From an uncultured delta proteobacterium (GTDB taxonomy: Bacteria > Desulfobacterota > RBG-13-43-22), in NCBI GenBank assembly GCA_963790475.1, contig CAWBOS010000012.1:1504001-1568000 (forward strand): DNA of 64,000 nucleotides. The letters are read 5' to 3'. Positions 9,408-19,760 of this stretch are shown in pieces. Position 1 is the first letter of the stretch. Each line of letters starts with the position of its first letter. The notes below the pieces were generated by a model. The model was not told the DNA's origin and made no database searches. It saw nothing but the letters and a program-made list of their open reading frames with translations. Made by a program: the position numbers and the translations under genes.

Positions 9408-11585
9408 ATGTTTGATACCCTGCTAAAATGGATTTCGCCGCTGTTCCTGACGGCCATGGTGCTTCTTTCCGGCTGTGGCGGCGAATGGAACAACCCCTAC
9501 CCGGTTCAGGAACGGGGCCGCAATATTCTCTACTCCGCTTTTTCCGAGCGCCCCAAACATCTCGACCCGGTACAGTCTTACAGCGAGGATGAGGCGGCCT
9601 TCAATGCTCAGATCTACGAGCCTCCCTTGCAGTACCACTATTTTAAGCGACCATACACCCTGGTTCCGGGCACCGCTGAAGAAGTCCCCCACCCTCAGTT
9701 TTTTGATGCCGGGGGACACCGACTCCCGGATGATGCCGAGGCGGGCAGGGTGGCTTACAGTCTGTACGAGATCAGAATTCGTCCCGCGATCCGTTTTCAA
9801 CCCCATCCCGCTTTTGCCCGTGATGCAGCCGGCGCTCTGCTTTATCACCACCTGAGGCCAGTCGACCTGAATCCTATCCATAACCTCTCGGACTTCAAAC
9901 AACAGGGCACCCGCGAATTGATTGCCGCTGATTATGTTTACCAGATCAAGCGGCTCGCTCATCCGAGATTGCAATCCCCGATCTTCGGTCTCATGAGTGA
10001 TTATATCGTCGGACTCAAAGCCTATGCCGCCCTTCTTAAAAAAGCCAATCAAGAGCTGTTAAAGAAAGGAGAGGGTAATGCCTATCTGGATCTGGACCGG
10101 TTTCCTCTGGAAGGGGTAACAATTGTGGATCGCTACACCTACCGGGTTAAACTCAAGGGGAAATATCCCCAGTTCGTTTATTGGCTGACCATGCCTTTTT
10201 TTGCCCCGGTTCCTAAAGAAGTGGACCGCTTCTTTTCCCAACCCGGGATGGCGGAAAAGAACTTCACCCTGGATTGGTACCCGGTAGGAACGGGTCCTTA
10301 TATGCTGACCAAGAATAATCCCAACCGGCAGATGGTCCTGGAACGTAATCCCTATTTCCATGGAGAGACCTATCCTTCCGAGGGAGAAGAAGGGGACCGG
10401 GAGGCCGGGCTTTTGGCCGATGCCGGCAAGCCTTTGCCCTTTATCGACAAGGCGGTATTCAGTTTGGAGAAGGAAGGAATTCCCTACTGGAACAAGTTTC
10501 TGCAAGGGTATTACGACGCCTCGGGGATCAGTTCCGACAGCTTTGATCAGGCGGTCCAGATCTCCAGCACCGGAGACATCGCCCTTACCGAAAAAATGAA
10601 GGAGAAAGGGATCCACTTGAGCACCTCAGTGGCCCCTTCCTCCTTCTATATGGGATTCAATATGCTGGATCCGGTAGTTGGAGGGACTTCGGAGCGGGCC
10701 CGTAAACTGCGTTTGGCTATTTCCATCGCTGTGGACTATGAGGAATACATCAGTATCTTTGCCAACGGCCGTGGTATTGCGGCCCAGGGTCCGATTCCTC
10801 CGGACATTTTCGGCAACAGGCCCGGTAAAGACGGGATCAATCCTTATGTATATGACTGGGTCAACGGCCACCCAAAACGCAAATCCTTAGAGGCGGCTAA
10901 AAAACTGTTGGCCGAGGCCGGTTACCCAGGGGGGATTGATGTGGAAAACGGCAAACCTCTGGTGCTCAACCTCGATGTCACCGCCCGAGGTCCTGACGAC
11001 AAGGCCCACCTTGATTGGTATCGAAAACAGTTCGGCAAGCTCAACCTTCAACTGGTGGTCCGGGCCACCGATTACAATCGATTTCAGGAAAAAATCCGAA
11101 AGGGTAACGCCCAGATCTTCAACTGGGGCTGGAACGCCGATTATCCCGACCCGGAGAATTTTTTGTTCCTGTTGAATGGACCTCAAAGTCAGGTCAAAAG
11201 TCAGGGAGAAAACTCGGCCAATTACGCCAACCCTGAATATGACCGGTTGTTTGAGAAAATGAAAAATATGGAAAACGGGCCGAACCGCCAGGCTATCATC
11301 GATCAGATGATTGAAATTGTCCGCCATGACGCCCCCTGGCTGTGGGGGTTTCACCCCAAGGAATACAGACTTTATCATTCCTGGATGCTCAACCAGAAAC
11401 CGAATAAAATGGCCCGCAACGGGCTTAAATACCAGCGCATCGATACGGTGATGCGGGAACAGAAGAGGGCTGAATGGAACCAGCCGGTTCTCTGGCCCCT
11501 GTTTCTGATTCTGGCCGTGCTGCTGGTCACGGCCCTGCCGGCGGTTATTGCCTATCGCCGCCGGGAAAGGAAATCGGCCATCTGA
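9408..11585 (+). CDS. Peptide/oligopeptide ABC transporter substrate-binding lipoprotein (family 5)
   Basis: Lipobox LSGC, PKHLDP, PVGTGPY, GWNADYPDPENFL, C-terminal TM helix. Confidence 0.92.
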   Translation: MFDTLLKWISPLFLTAMVLLSGCGGEWNNPYPVQERGRNILYSAFSERPKHLDPVQSYSEDEAAFNAQIYEPPLQYHYFKRPYTLVPGTAEEVPHPQFFDAGGHRLPDDAEAGRVAYSLYEIRIRPAIRFQPHPAFARDAAGALLYHHLRPVDLNPIHNLSDFKQQGTRELIAADYVYQIKRLAHPRLQSPIFGLMSDYIVGLKAYAALLKKANQELLKKGEGNAYLDLDRFPLEGVTIVDRYTYRVKLKGKYPQFVYWLTMPFFAPVPKEVDRFFSQPGMAEKNFTLDWYPVGTGPYMLTKNNPNRQMVLERNPYFHGETYPSEGEEGDREAGLLADAGKPLPFIDKAVFSLEKEGIPYWNKFLQGYYDASGISSDSFDQAVQISSTGDIALTEKMKEKGIHLSTSVAPSSFYMGFNMLDPVVGGTSERARKLRLAISIAVDYEEYISIFANGRGIAAQGPIPPDIFGNRPGKDGINPYVYDWVNGHPKRKSLEAAKKLLAEAGYPGGIDVENGKPLVLNLDVTARGPDDKAHLDWYRKQFGKLNLQLVVRATDYNRFQEKIRKGNAQIFNWGWNADYPDPENFLFLLNGPQSQVKSQGENSANYANPEYDRLFEKMKNMENGPNRQAIIDQMIEIVRHDAPWLWGFHPKEYRLYHSWMLNQKPNKMARNGLKYQRIDTVMREQKRAEWNQPVLWPLFLILAVLLVTALPAVIAYRRRERKSAI

Positions 11586-12562
11586 TGTTGAACTATATCA
11601 TCCGACGTGTGCTCTATGCCCTTCCGATCCTGATCGGAGTCAATATCATCACCTTCAGTCTGTTTTTTGTGGTCAATACCCCGGACGATATGGCCCGTAT
11701 CCATCTGGGGGTGAAGCGGGTGACGCCGGAAGCTGTTGCCAAATGGAAACAGGAGCGGGGTTACGATAAGCCGCTTCTGTTCAATTCTTCCGCTCCGGGT
11801 ACGGCCAAAGTGACCGATACCATCTTTTTCGAGAAATCGATCAGGCTGTTTGCCTTTCAATTCGGCCCGGCCGATGACGGACGCGACATCGCCTATGAAA
11901 TCAAGACCCGTATGGGACCGAGTCTGGCTATCGCCCTGCCCGTGTTTCTGCTGGGGCTGGCCTGCTATATCTCTTTCGCCCTGATGATGGCCTTTTTCCG
12001 GGCCACTTACCTGGATTTCTGGGGAGTGGTGTTGTGCGTGGCCATGATGTCCATTTCCAGTCTGTTTTATATTATCGGCGGTCAATACCTGTTGAGCAAA
12101 CTCTGGAACCTGGTGCCGATTTCCGGGTACGGCACAGGGATTATAGCCGTTAAATTTCTGATTCTACCGGTGTTGATCGGGGTGGTGAGCGGAATCGGCT
12201 CCGGTGCCCGCTGGTATCGTACCATCTTTCTGGAGGAAATCGGCAAGGACTATGTGCGCACCGCCAGGGCCAAGGGTCTGTCGGAATGGCGGGTCATGTA
12301 CAGACATGTCCTTCAAAATGCCATGATCCCCATCCTGACCGGGGCGGTGGTGGTCATTCCGGTCCTTTTTATGGGAAGCCTGATCACCGAATCCTTCTTC
12401 GGTATCCCGGGGCTTGGCAGTTACACCATCGATGCCATCAACTCCCAGGATTTTTCGGTGGTCCGGGCCATGGTTTTTCTGGGTTCGGTGCTTTACATTA
12501 TCGGACTTATTCTGACCGACATTTCCTATACGCTGGTTGATCCGAGGATACGACTGGAATAG
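11585..12562 (+). CDS. Peptide ABC transporter permease (DppB/OppB-like)
   Basis: MLNYIIRR start overlaps the upstream stop; DYVRTARAKGL EAA loop; ends YTLVDPRIR. Confidence 0.92.
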   Translation: MLNYIIRRVLYALPILIGVNIITFSLFFVVNTPDDMARIHLGVKRVTPEAVAKWKQERGYDKPLLFNSSAPGTAKVTDTIFFEKSIRLFAFQFGPADDGRDIAYEIKTRMGPSLAIALPVFLLGLACYISFALMMAFFRATYLDFWGVVLCVAMMSISSLFYIIGGQYLLSKLWNLVPISGYGTGIIAVKFLILPVLIGVVSGIGSGARWYRTIFLEEIGKDYVRTARAKGLSEWRVMYRHVLQNAMIPILTGAVVVIPVLFMGSLITESFFGIPGLGSYTIDAINSQDFSVVRAMVFLGSVLYIIGLILTDISYTLVDPRIRLE

Positions 12563-12616
12563 CTGATAGCTCTTAGCTGATAGGTACAAAAAAGTTTTTT
12601 CTTCATCCTTTAAACT

Positions 12617-12733
12617 GTGACAAAGTCGTAACAGGTCGTCACCCCGGAGAAAACCGGGGTCCAGAAGTTTTTGTTTAAATTCCTGGATTCCGACTTTCGT
12701 CAGACGAAAATGGGCGACTTTTTACTTGCTATC
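12617..12733. repeat. Palindromic MITE/REP-like element, copy 2
   Basis: gtcaccccggagaaaaccggggtccag...ctggattccgactttcgtc, nearly the same as the copy at 16338; flanked by gctgata/gagctat heptamer arrays. Confidence 0.75.
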
Positions 12734-12781
12734 ACTATGCGATTTAAACAATGAGCTGACCGCTATGAGCTATGAGGTAAT

Positions 12782-14260
12782 ATGATAATCATGAACTTCA
12801 AACCGATCATACTCTGGACCGATGCTCTGATTGCCGTTTTGCTTTTGGCCGGATTGGCTTACGGCTGGACGATATTGAGACACGAGCACCTGCTGGCCCC
12901 CTGGAAACGGGTAATCCGAAACACGAGCGGCCTGGTGTCCATGATCGTGCTGACCGTGTTTCTGGTAATCGGTTTGCTCGATACCCTGCATTTTCGCCCG
13001 GCCATGGAAACCCAAAAAAACGGCGAGAGGGCTTATGCGGTGGAGGTCTTAAGCCTTTTGGATCTGATGGTCGGTCCCTTAAGGCAGCATACCGAAAAAA
13101 CGTATTCCGCCCCTTTGGCCGCCCATCTTTTTTCCAAAGAAACCGTCGAGCTTCCCGACGGGCGGCAGGCGCGGATTTTCCCACGCCTGGTTTACGGTGG
13201 AGCCCATCTGAAAAATCCCGATCAGGATAAGGACGGTGATATAGCTAAACGCGGGATCTTCGGTTTAATCCTGGCCCTGGTGTTATGGGGCCTGGCAGCT
13301 AGTGTTTTGCTCGGGATCCTGGCCCGCCGCCGAAAAATCGGCCTGGCCTCATGCCTAAAGGGCGTATTCCGTGGTCAAGAGGAAATTCCCTGGAATGCCG
13401 CTTTATGGACCTTGCTGGGCCTTTTTCTGTTGGCTGTGCCCATTACCGTTCTCAGCCTCAAATATCACGTTTTCGGCACCGACAAGGTGGGACAGGACGT
13501 GCTTTATCTGGCCTTGAAGAGCATACGTACCGGCCTGGTCATCGGGACCCTGACCACAATGGTGATGCTGCCCTTTGCGGTTTTGCTCGGAATCATGGCC
13601 GGGTTTTTCCAGGGGTGGATTGACGATATCATCCAGTACGTCTACACCACCCTGAATTCTATTCCCGCCGTACTGCTGATTGCCGCGGCCGTTTTGATGA
13701 CCCAGGTTTACATGGATAGCCATCCCGAACTGTTCGAAACCGCCAGCGCCCGGGCTGACCTGCGCCTGTTGTTTTTGTGCCTTATTCTTGGCATCACCAG
13801 TTGGACCGGACTGTGCCGCCTGATGCGGGGGGAATCGTTAAAGATCCGGGAGATGGAATATATACAGGCGGCGCAGGCCTTCGGCGTTTCCGATTTCAAG
13901 ATCATTATTCGACATATCCTGCCCAACGTCATGCACATCGTGCTGATCGCCCTGGTCATGGATTTTTCAGGCCTGGTACTGGCCGAGGCCGTATTGTCCT
14001 ACGTGGGGGTCGGCGTGGATCCCTCGATGATCAGTTTCGGCACGATGATCAACAGTGCCCGTCTGGAAATGGCCAGGGAGCCGATGGTCTGGTGGTCCCT
14101 GTCCGCCGCCTTCGGCTTTATGTTCCTGCTGGTGTTGTGCGCCAATCTGTTTTCCGATGCGGTACGGGACGCCTTTGACCCGCGGGTCCAAACCCGGGCG
14201 GTACGGCTGCAGCTCTTTCGGAAACGTCCGCCGGCCGTGGCGAAAGGGAAGCCTTCATGA
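12782..14260 (+). CDS. Peptide ABC transporter permease (DppC/OppC-like)
   Basis: HVFGTDKVGQD, EYIQAAQAFG, RHILPNV, AVRDAFDPR. Confidence 0.92.
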   Translation: MIIMNFKPIILWTDALIAVLLLAGLAYGWTILRHEHLLAPWKRVIRNTSGLVSMIVLTVFLVIGLLDTLHFRPAMETQKNGERAYAVEVLSLLDLMVGPLRQHTEKTYSAPLAAHLFSKETVELPDGRQARIFPRLVYGGAHLKNPDQDKDGDIAKRGIFGLILALVLWGLAASVLLGILARRRKIGLASCLKGVFRGQEEIPWNAALWTLLGLFLLAVPITVLSLKYHVFGTDKVGQDVLYLALKSIRTGLVIGTLTTMVMLPFAVLLGIMAGFFQGWIDDIIQYVYTTLNSIPAVLLIAAAVLMTQVYMDSHPELFETASARADLRLLFLCLILGITSWTGLCRLMRGESLKIREMEYIQAAQAFGVSDFKIIIRHILPNVMHIVLIALVMDFSGLVLAEAVLSYVGVGVDPSMISFGTMINSARLEMAREPMVWWSLSAAFGFMFLLVLCANLFSDAVRDAFDPRVQTRAVRLQLFRKRPPAVAKGKPS

Positions 14261-16304
14261 GCACACCCTTACTGGAAATCGATCGTTTAATAACCCGGCT
14301 GATCACAGACAGCGGTGTGATTAGAGCTGTGGACGGCCTGTCTCTGTCCATTAATCACGGGGAGACCTTCGCCCTGCTGGGGGAATCGGGTTGCGGCAAG
14401 TCCATGACTGCCCTTTCCATTATGCGCCTTTTGCCGGAGGCAGGTCTTATCCTTGGCGGCAGCATTCGGCTGGAGGGCCGTGATCTATTAGCCATTTCGG
14501 AATTGGAAATGCGTAACGTTCGGGGCCGACATATCGGTATGGTTTTCCAGGAACCGATGCTGAGCTTGAATCCGGTCATGACCATCGGGAACCAGGTGGA
14601 GGAAATTCTCATTCAACACCTCAAACTGCCGGGTGAGGAGGCCAGGAAACGTGCTCTGGCCCTGCTGGAGGCGGTGGGTATTCCCGATGCGGCCCGACGC
14701 AGCGGCTATTATCCCTTCCAATTTTCCGGAGGCATGAAACAGCGGGTGATGATCGCCATGGCCTTGGCTTGTGAGCCGGCCCTTTTAATCGCCGATGAAC
14801 CCACCACGGCACTCGATGTCACTACGCAAGCCCAGGTCCTTGATCTGTTACGGCAAATCCAGAGTCAGAGCCGCATGTCGATACTGCTCATCACCCATGA
14901 TCTCGGAGTGGTTTCAGAAATGGCCCACCAGGTGGCGGTGATGTATGCCGGCGAGGTGGTGGAAACGGCTGACCGCCAGCGGTTCTTCACCCATCCGGCC
15001 CATCCTTATTCAAGAAAACTCTTTGAATCCCTGCCCATGCGAAATAAACGGGGCGAGCCCCTGGCCATGATCAAGGGCAGCGTGCCACCCCTTACCAGGG
15101 AATTTTCAGGCTGCCGTTTTGTCGAACGCTGCGATTTTAGCTGGGATCGTTGCCTTTCCCGGGTGCCCCAATGGAACCAATGGGAGCCGGGTCGCTTTGT
15201 GAGATGCCACCTTTATGAAAATCAGGCGAGAGGCGAGAGGCAAGAGGACAAGGGCAAAGAGCAAAGGGCATGGAGCATGGGGGAGGGGGAGGGCGGCAAA
15301 GAAAGAGAGACGGGATTTGCGGCGCAAGATGCGAAAACACCTACACCCCTTCTGAAAGTGGAAGATTTGAAAGTTCATTTTCCAATCCGCAAAGGCCTCC
15401 TGAAGCGTACGGTGGGGTCCATCAAGGCCGTGGACGGCGTATCCCTTTCGGTTCCCATCGGAAGGACCCTGGCCCTGGTGGGGGAATCCGGCTGCGGCAA
15501 GACCACTCTGGGCAAGGGTATTCTCCGCCTCATCCCCCTGACCGGCGGTTCGGTTTGGTTTCAGGGAAAAGATCTTTCGTCTCTGTCCTCCGCGGAACTA
15601 AGGCCGCTGCGCCGGGAGTTTCAGATCATCTTCCAGGACCCCTACGCCTCGCTCAATCCCCGCCTGCGGATTGCGGAAATCATCGAAGAGGGTATGGCGG
15701 CCCTCGGCATCGGGACCGGCTCCGGCGATCGGATGATTCGTATCGACCGCTTGCTGGAGGAGGTCGGTTGTCGGCGTCGATCAAATTTCGCTATCCTCAT
15801 GAGTTCTCGGGAGGGCAACGTCAGCGAATCGCCATCGCCCGCGTCCTGTCCGTGAATCCTAAACTCATCATTTGCGATGAGCCGACCAGCGCGCTGGATA
15901 TTTCGGTACAAGCCCAGATCCTGAATCTGCTCAAAGAACTGCAGGACAGGCACGGTCTGGCCTATCTATTCATCACTCATAATATTTCCGTGGTCGAGTT
16001 TCTGGCCCACGAGGTGGCGGTGATGTACCTGGGGCGCATTGTCGAGCGGGGAACAGTAGAAGAGGTCTTGGACCATCCGAAACATCCCTATACCCAGGCG
16101 CTCCTTTCGGCCGTACCGTCGATCGATCCTAAAACCAAACGGGAGGTGATTCGTCTGCAGGGGGATCTGCCTTCCCCGGCTGATCCGCCACCCGGCTGCC
16201 ACTTCCATCCCCGCTGCCCTGAGGTCATGCCGAAATGCAGAGTGATCTACCCGGGTCAAAGCCGTTTCAGTGACACCCATTCCACGCACTGCCATCTGTA
16301 TTAG
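14257..16304 (+). pseudogene. Fused double-ATPase peptide ABC transporter (DppD/F-like), split by a 1-nt frameshift near 15768
   Basis: Two Walker A motifs ([16 protein letters not shown]). The frame breaks at EEVG and resumes as [19 protein letters not shown] in another frame; could be a sequencing error. Confidence 0.85.
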
Positions 16305-16337
16305 GATTATGGAGAGTTAAGGGGGATTGATATTATT

Positions 16338-16470
16338 GATGAACTCGTAAAAAGTTGTCACCCCGGTGAAAACCGGGGTCCAGAGGTTTTTAACTATTTA
16401 AAATTCCTGGATTCCGACTTTCGTCGGAATGACGAAAACAGGCTTCCGGTGGCTTTTTGCGAATCCGTCA
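16338..16470. repeat. Palindromic MITE/REP-like element, copy 3
   Basis: Terminal IRs gatgaactcgtaaaaagt / gctttttgcgaatccgtc around two GC-rich hairpins. Confidence 0.8.
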
Positions 16471-16658
16471 ATATTACCCAAGTGCAATTATTAAATTGCC
16501 TTTTTGCCACAGGAAAAACAGTCAAGAACAACAGACAAAACCTGATAAGCCTGCTATCGCTACATAAAGATTAAAAAGTTGCTTTTTAGTCGGATCAATA
16601 TAAAATTAAAGCTAAAAAGGGTGTTGAATGAAACGATGAATAGGAGACCGAAAAAAAA

Positions 16659-17420
16659 ATGTTCAAGAAGAGTATTTGGTTTTGGATACCGATTATCTGT
16701 TTATTCTTATTGTTGTTTTCCCGGCCAAGTGGGGCTATCGGCCTGGAGGCGGCCATCGGCCTCTCGTATCAGGATTTTCAGGGAGGTGTCGCCTATAAAG
16801 GAGATTCCCTCGATTTAAACAATGATTTGAGATTTAGTCGTGCTACCCAATTCTTTGGCCGGCTTAAAATTGATACACCCCTCGTTATCCCCAGTTTTTA
16901 CCTGATGGCCACGCCCATGAGCTTTGATGGAACGGCGACCGACAACCTCTCCTTTACCTTCGGGGATCAAACATTCAATGCCGGCATCCCTTTTTCATCG
17001 ACGTTAAGACTTGATCATTATGATTTGGCTTTGTATTACGGATTGCCTTTTGTAAAACAGGCTACGCTGGGGCGGATTAATATTGAGGCAGGATTGAATA
17101 TACGACTCTTTGATCTGAAAACAGAGATAACCCAGATGGGCAAATCGGAATCCGAGAGTTTTAATCTGCTTGTGCCAATGGCTTATCTTGGGCTCCAAAT
17201 CAAACCAACGAGTTTCCTTTCCCTGGAAGGAGAATTTCGAGGGGTTGCCTACAATAGCGATCATTACTATGATCTGATCGGCCGGGTCAAATACTATTTT
17301 GTCAAGTTGGCCTATGTCAGTGCCGGATACCGCCATGAAGAAATTTCCATGGACCAAAGTGATATAAAATTGAATGTCCGGTTTAGCGGACCTCAGGTAG
17401 AAGTAGGATTTCAATTCTGA
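16659..17420 (+). CDS. Outer-membrane beta-barrel protein (TIGR04219-like)
   Basis: Signal peptide, alternating amphipathic strands, LDHYDLALYY, C-terminal GFQF beta-signal. Confidence 0.8.
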   Translation: MFKKSIWFWIPIICLFLLLFSRPSGAIGLEAAIGLSYQDFQGGVAYKGDSLDLNNDLRFSRATQFFGRLKIDTPLVIPSFYLMATPMSFDGTATDNLSFTFGDQTFNAGIPFSSTLRLDHYDLALYYGLPFVKQATLGRINIEAGLNIRLFDLKTEITQMGKSESESFNLLVPMAYLGLQIKPTSFLSLEGEFRGVAYNSDHYYDLIGRVKYYFVKLAYVSAGYRHEEISMDQSDIKLNVRFSGPQVEVGFQF

Positions 17421-17462
17421 AAAACTACCTTTTCCCATAGGCGCCGTCCCTATTTTAATAAT

Positions 17463-17491
17463 TTGTCAAGATAATGTTTATCATTTATAAT
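17463..17491 (+). promoter_or_regulatory. sigma70 promoter, copy 1 of 3
   Basis: TTGTCA-17 bp-TATAAT. Confidence 0.65.
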
Positions 17492-17656
17492 GGGTTAAGT
17501 AAAATCCGGAGAGGTTAAATAATCAGGCGTCCTTCTATCAAAGACCAAAGATTCCTTTTTCCCTTCCTAAAGGGTTCCTTTGGGGAGAAAAGTTATAAAA
17601 ACATCTTAAAGTAACTGGTTAGCGAGGAGGAAATATGGGAGTATGGAGGTAAGTAA

Positions 17657-17857
17657 ATGACAAGAATTGAAGAAATTGAAAATACGGTTGCCTCGTTGCC
17701 GGTAGAAGAATACCGGAAATTTCGAGAATGGTTCCTGGAACGTGACTGGGCGCAATGGGATAGACAGATTCAAGCCGACTCGGAGTCAGGGAAATTGGAC
17801 TTCTTCGTGAAAGAGGCCATGGAAGAGAAGAACCGTGGTAAGTTGAGAGATTTGTGA
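17657..17857 (+). CDS. Putative type II antitoxin
   Basis: 66 aa, WDRQIQADSESGKLD; overlaps the toxin start (GTGA). Confidence 0.75.
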   Translation: MTRIEEIENTVASLPVEEYRKFREWFLERDWAQWDRQIQADSESGKLDFFVKEAMEEKNRGKLRDL

Positions 17858-18105
17858 TCCATCGCACAACCCGCCGTTTTTGGGACTGCTATCGGTCGTT
17901 ATCATCACAGACGAGAGAATTAGCTGACAAGAGCTTTACTCTTCTGCGCGAAGACCCTCGGCATCCCTCACTTCATTTCAAGAAGGTGGGGAAGGTCTGG
18001 TCTGCCAGAGTAGGTGCTGGCCATCGAGCTTTGGCTGTGCTCGACGGTCAGGACTATATCTGGGTGTGGATCGGGACACACGACGAGTATGAACGATTGA
18101 TATAA
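17854..18105 (+). CDS. RelE/ParE-superfamily toxin
   Basis: [12 protein letters not shown]...WSARV...HRALA...WIGTHDEY. Confidence 0.8.
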   Translation: MIHRTTRRFWDCYRSLSSQTRELADKSFTLLREDPRHPSLHFKKVGKVWSARVGAGHRALAVLDGQDYIWVWIGTHDEYERLI

Positions 18106-18151
18106 ATGCCAAACTGTAAATCCTACTAGAAATGGGGACATCCCCATCATT

Positions 18152-18351
18152 ATTATTCATCACACACAATATTTCCAGCTTCAGGGGGACCTGCCGTCCC
18201 CGGCCGACCCGCCCCCTGGCTGTCACTTCCATCCCCGATGCCCCGAGGTCATGCCGAAATGCCGGACGATTTACCCGGCCCAAAGCCGTTTCACCGACAC
18301 CCATTCCCTGCACTGCCATCTGTATGATGGTTTGGAGGGGTGATTGATATT
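18152..18351 (+). pseudogene. Diverged, internally deleted copy of the 3' end of the ABC ATPase gene
   Basis: Matches 15967-15989 joined to about 16155-16335 (LFITHNIS / [27 protein letters not shown]), with many substitutions. Confidence 0.85.
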
Positions 18352-18397
18352 AAACATAGCGATATAAATTATTACCTTTAAATCCAATGCTCCCTTC

Positions 18398-18450
18398 CGT
18401 CATGCCGGACTCGATCCGGCATCCAGAGGATTCTAACCACTGGATTCTGG
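18398..18450. repeat. Partial MITE/REP-like element, copy 4
   Basis: cgtcatgccggactcgatccggcatccag...ctggattctggc. Confidence 0.65.
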
Positions 18451-18454
18451 CTAG

Positions 18455-18623
18455 AAATTAATTTGTTATGAGAATATTTATAGTTTATAATAGGTTATCT
18501 AGATTTTGAAAGGGTTCTCGTGCTATTGGATGTCCAACAATAGCCAAAGATCTTTGTTTTCATCCCCGAAGGGGTACCTTGAGGAGGGGAGTTGTACAGA
18601 AACAATAAAATAACTTGTTCTTC
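18455..18623 (+). promoter_or_regulatory. Promoter (TTGTTA-17-TATAAT), leader and attI-like site
   Basis: Aligns with 19894-20063 up to aataaYttGTT, after which the sequences are unrelated. Confidence 0.65.
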
Positions 18624-18645
18624 CATTGAAAATAAAGAGGAGGAC

Positions 18646-18834
18646 ATGATGCAAATTAACGACAAAAAAACGAACAAGAGTTCCCTTAGATTTCCATACC
18701 CACATGGCAAGCCCGTTGAGTGCCCACATTGCGGCGAGAAGTTCGAACTTAAACGTCTTTCTGAAGCAACTGGTTATTTTGAATGTTTAAATCCGAATTG
18801 TAGAAAGACCTTTCATGTAAAGAAGGACCATTAA
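18646..18834 (+). CDS. Small zinc-ribbon protein (cassette-like ORF)
   Basis: RBS GAGGAGG; CPHC...CLNPNC; AT-rich; followed by an attC-like site. Confidence 0.65.
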   Translation: MMQINDKKTNKSSLRFPYPHGKPVECPHCGEKFELKRLSEATGYFECLNPNCRKTFHVKKDH

Positions 18835-18868
18835 TACTATATGCCTCGTTTCTTAATTTCTTATTAAA

Positions 18869-18928
18869 CTTGAACAAGCCAAAATCAGCCGACGCAAAAA
18901 GCCGCGCGGCTGATTTGCAGCGTTAGTC
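18869..18928 (+). other. Integron attC-like site
   Basis: (CTT)GAAC...AAATCAGCCG-acgcaaaaagccgcg-CGGCTGATTT...GTTAGTC, a 60-bp imperfect palindrome with R''/R' cores. Confidence 0.75.
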
Positions 18929-18957
18929 GCTGTTTCATTCCTTACCAAGGAGACGAT

Positions 18958-19239
18958 ATGAATGTTTTATTAGATGATTTAGAAACAGAATGGAAGAAAG
19001 TTCCAGAATACAAAGATGTGGAAGCTGAATATTGGGTTCCTGGGCAGAACCAAATAGAGAAGTGCCCAAATGGATGTGAACTGGTAATTTATGAAGGTAA
19101 TCCTGTAAAATGGGACCGGGTATCGGGCCGTGATGCTTATCGCCAGACAAGGATATGTAGGAAACATGGTTTTGCACGAATTTATGTTATAACCGGCCCT
19201 GCCGCATTGGCTACAAAGTGGAATCCACAGAATTCATAA
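18958..19239 (+). CDS. Hypothetical cassette-like protein with Cys/His pairs
   Basis: RBS AAGGAG about 20 bp after the attC; CPNGC and CRKH. Confidence 0.65.
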   Translation: MNVLLDDLETEWKKVPEYKDVEAEYWVPGQNQIEKCPNGCELVIYEGNPVKWDRVSGRDAYRQTRICRKHGFARIYVITGPAALATKWNPQNS

Positions 19240-19270
19240 AAAGCCATGAGGATTGTCATTAATTATATAA

Positions 19271-19295
19271 GAAACTTTAGAATAACTTGTTCGGC
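19271..19295 (+). other. attI-like site, copy 2
   Basis: gaaactttagaataacttGTTCGGC; nearly identical to 20040-20063. Confidence 0.55.
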
Positions 19296-19316
19296 TTACT
19301 AAGCGGGGTACGAGGT

Positions 19317-19697
19317 ATGATCTTTGAGACGTACTATTGGAGATTGGAATTGGGACGTCTTTCGCGCGTACTGCATCGTCACATTACACAGCGCCGGTGG
19401 CGTACATCATCTGATGCATCGGTCGAAAAATGTATAATGCTAGGCTTCTATTCAGTTCGCAAACTGCTTGACGCATTTCAGCCGCCTCCGAATATGGCGT
19501 TTCAATTAACTGTCACAACGTCCCCCTTTTTTGGCGATCATTACTATGATCTGATCGGTCGGGTCAAATACAATTTTATTAAGTTGGCCTTCGTTAGTGC
19601 CGGATACCGCCATGAAGAAATTTCCATAGACCAAAGTGATATAAAACTGAATGTCAGGTTTAGCGGACCTCAGGTAGAAGTCGGATTCCAATTCTGA
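19317..19697 (+). pseudogene. Chimeric ORF: truncated cassette gene fused in frame to a copy of the beta-barrel C-terminus
   Basis: MIFETYYW...GFYSVRKLL up to about 19520; 19534-19700 matches 17257-17423 with about 12 mismatches (counted by eye). Confidence 0.8.
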
Positions 19698-19760
19698 AAA
19701 CCAGGGGGAGAGTTATCCCCACGAAAAGTGAATTAATAGACGCTGTTGTCCCTATTTTCA

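Noticed and set aside
15270-15765. 5' part of the 344-aa ORF as a separate gene start
   Set aside because: It only becomes ATPase-like after the frameshift point; the upstream residues are an out-of-frame reading of the same gene.
18495-18729. Minus-strand ORFs as a divergent intI remnant
   Set aside because: No tyrosine recombinase motifs, and the frame is not conserved in the paralogous module at 19894-20063.
17257-19700. Beta-barrel 3' end and its copy as a DGR variable/template repeat pair
   Set aside because: Differences are not confined to adenines of one copy, and no reverse transcriptase gene is in the window.
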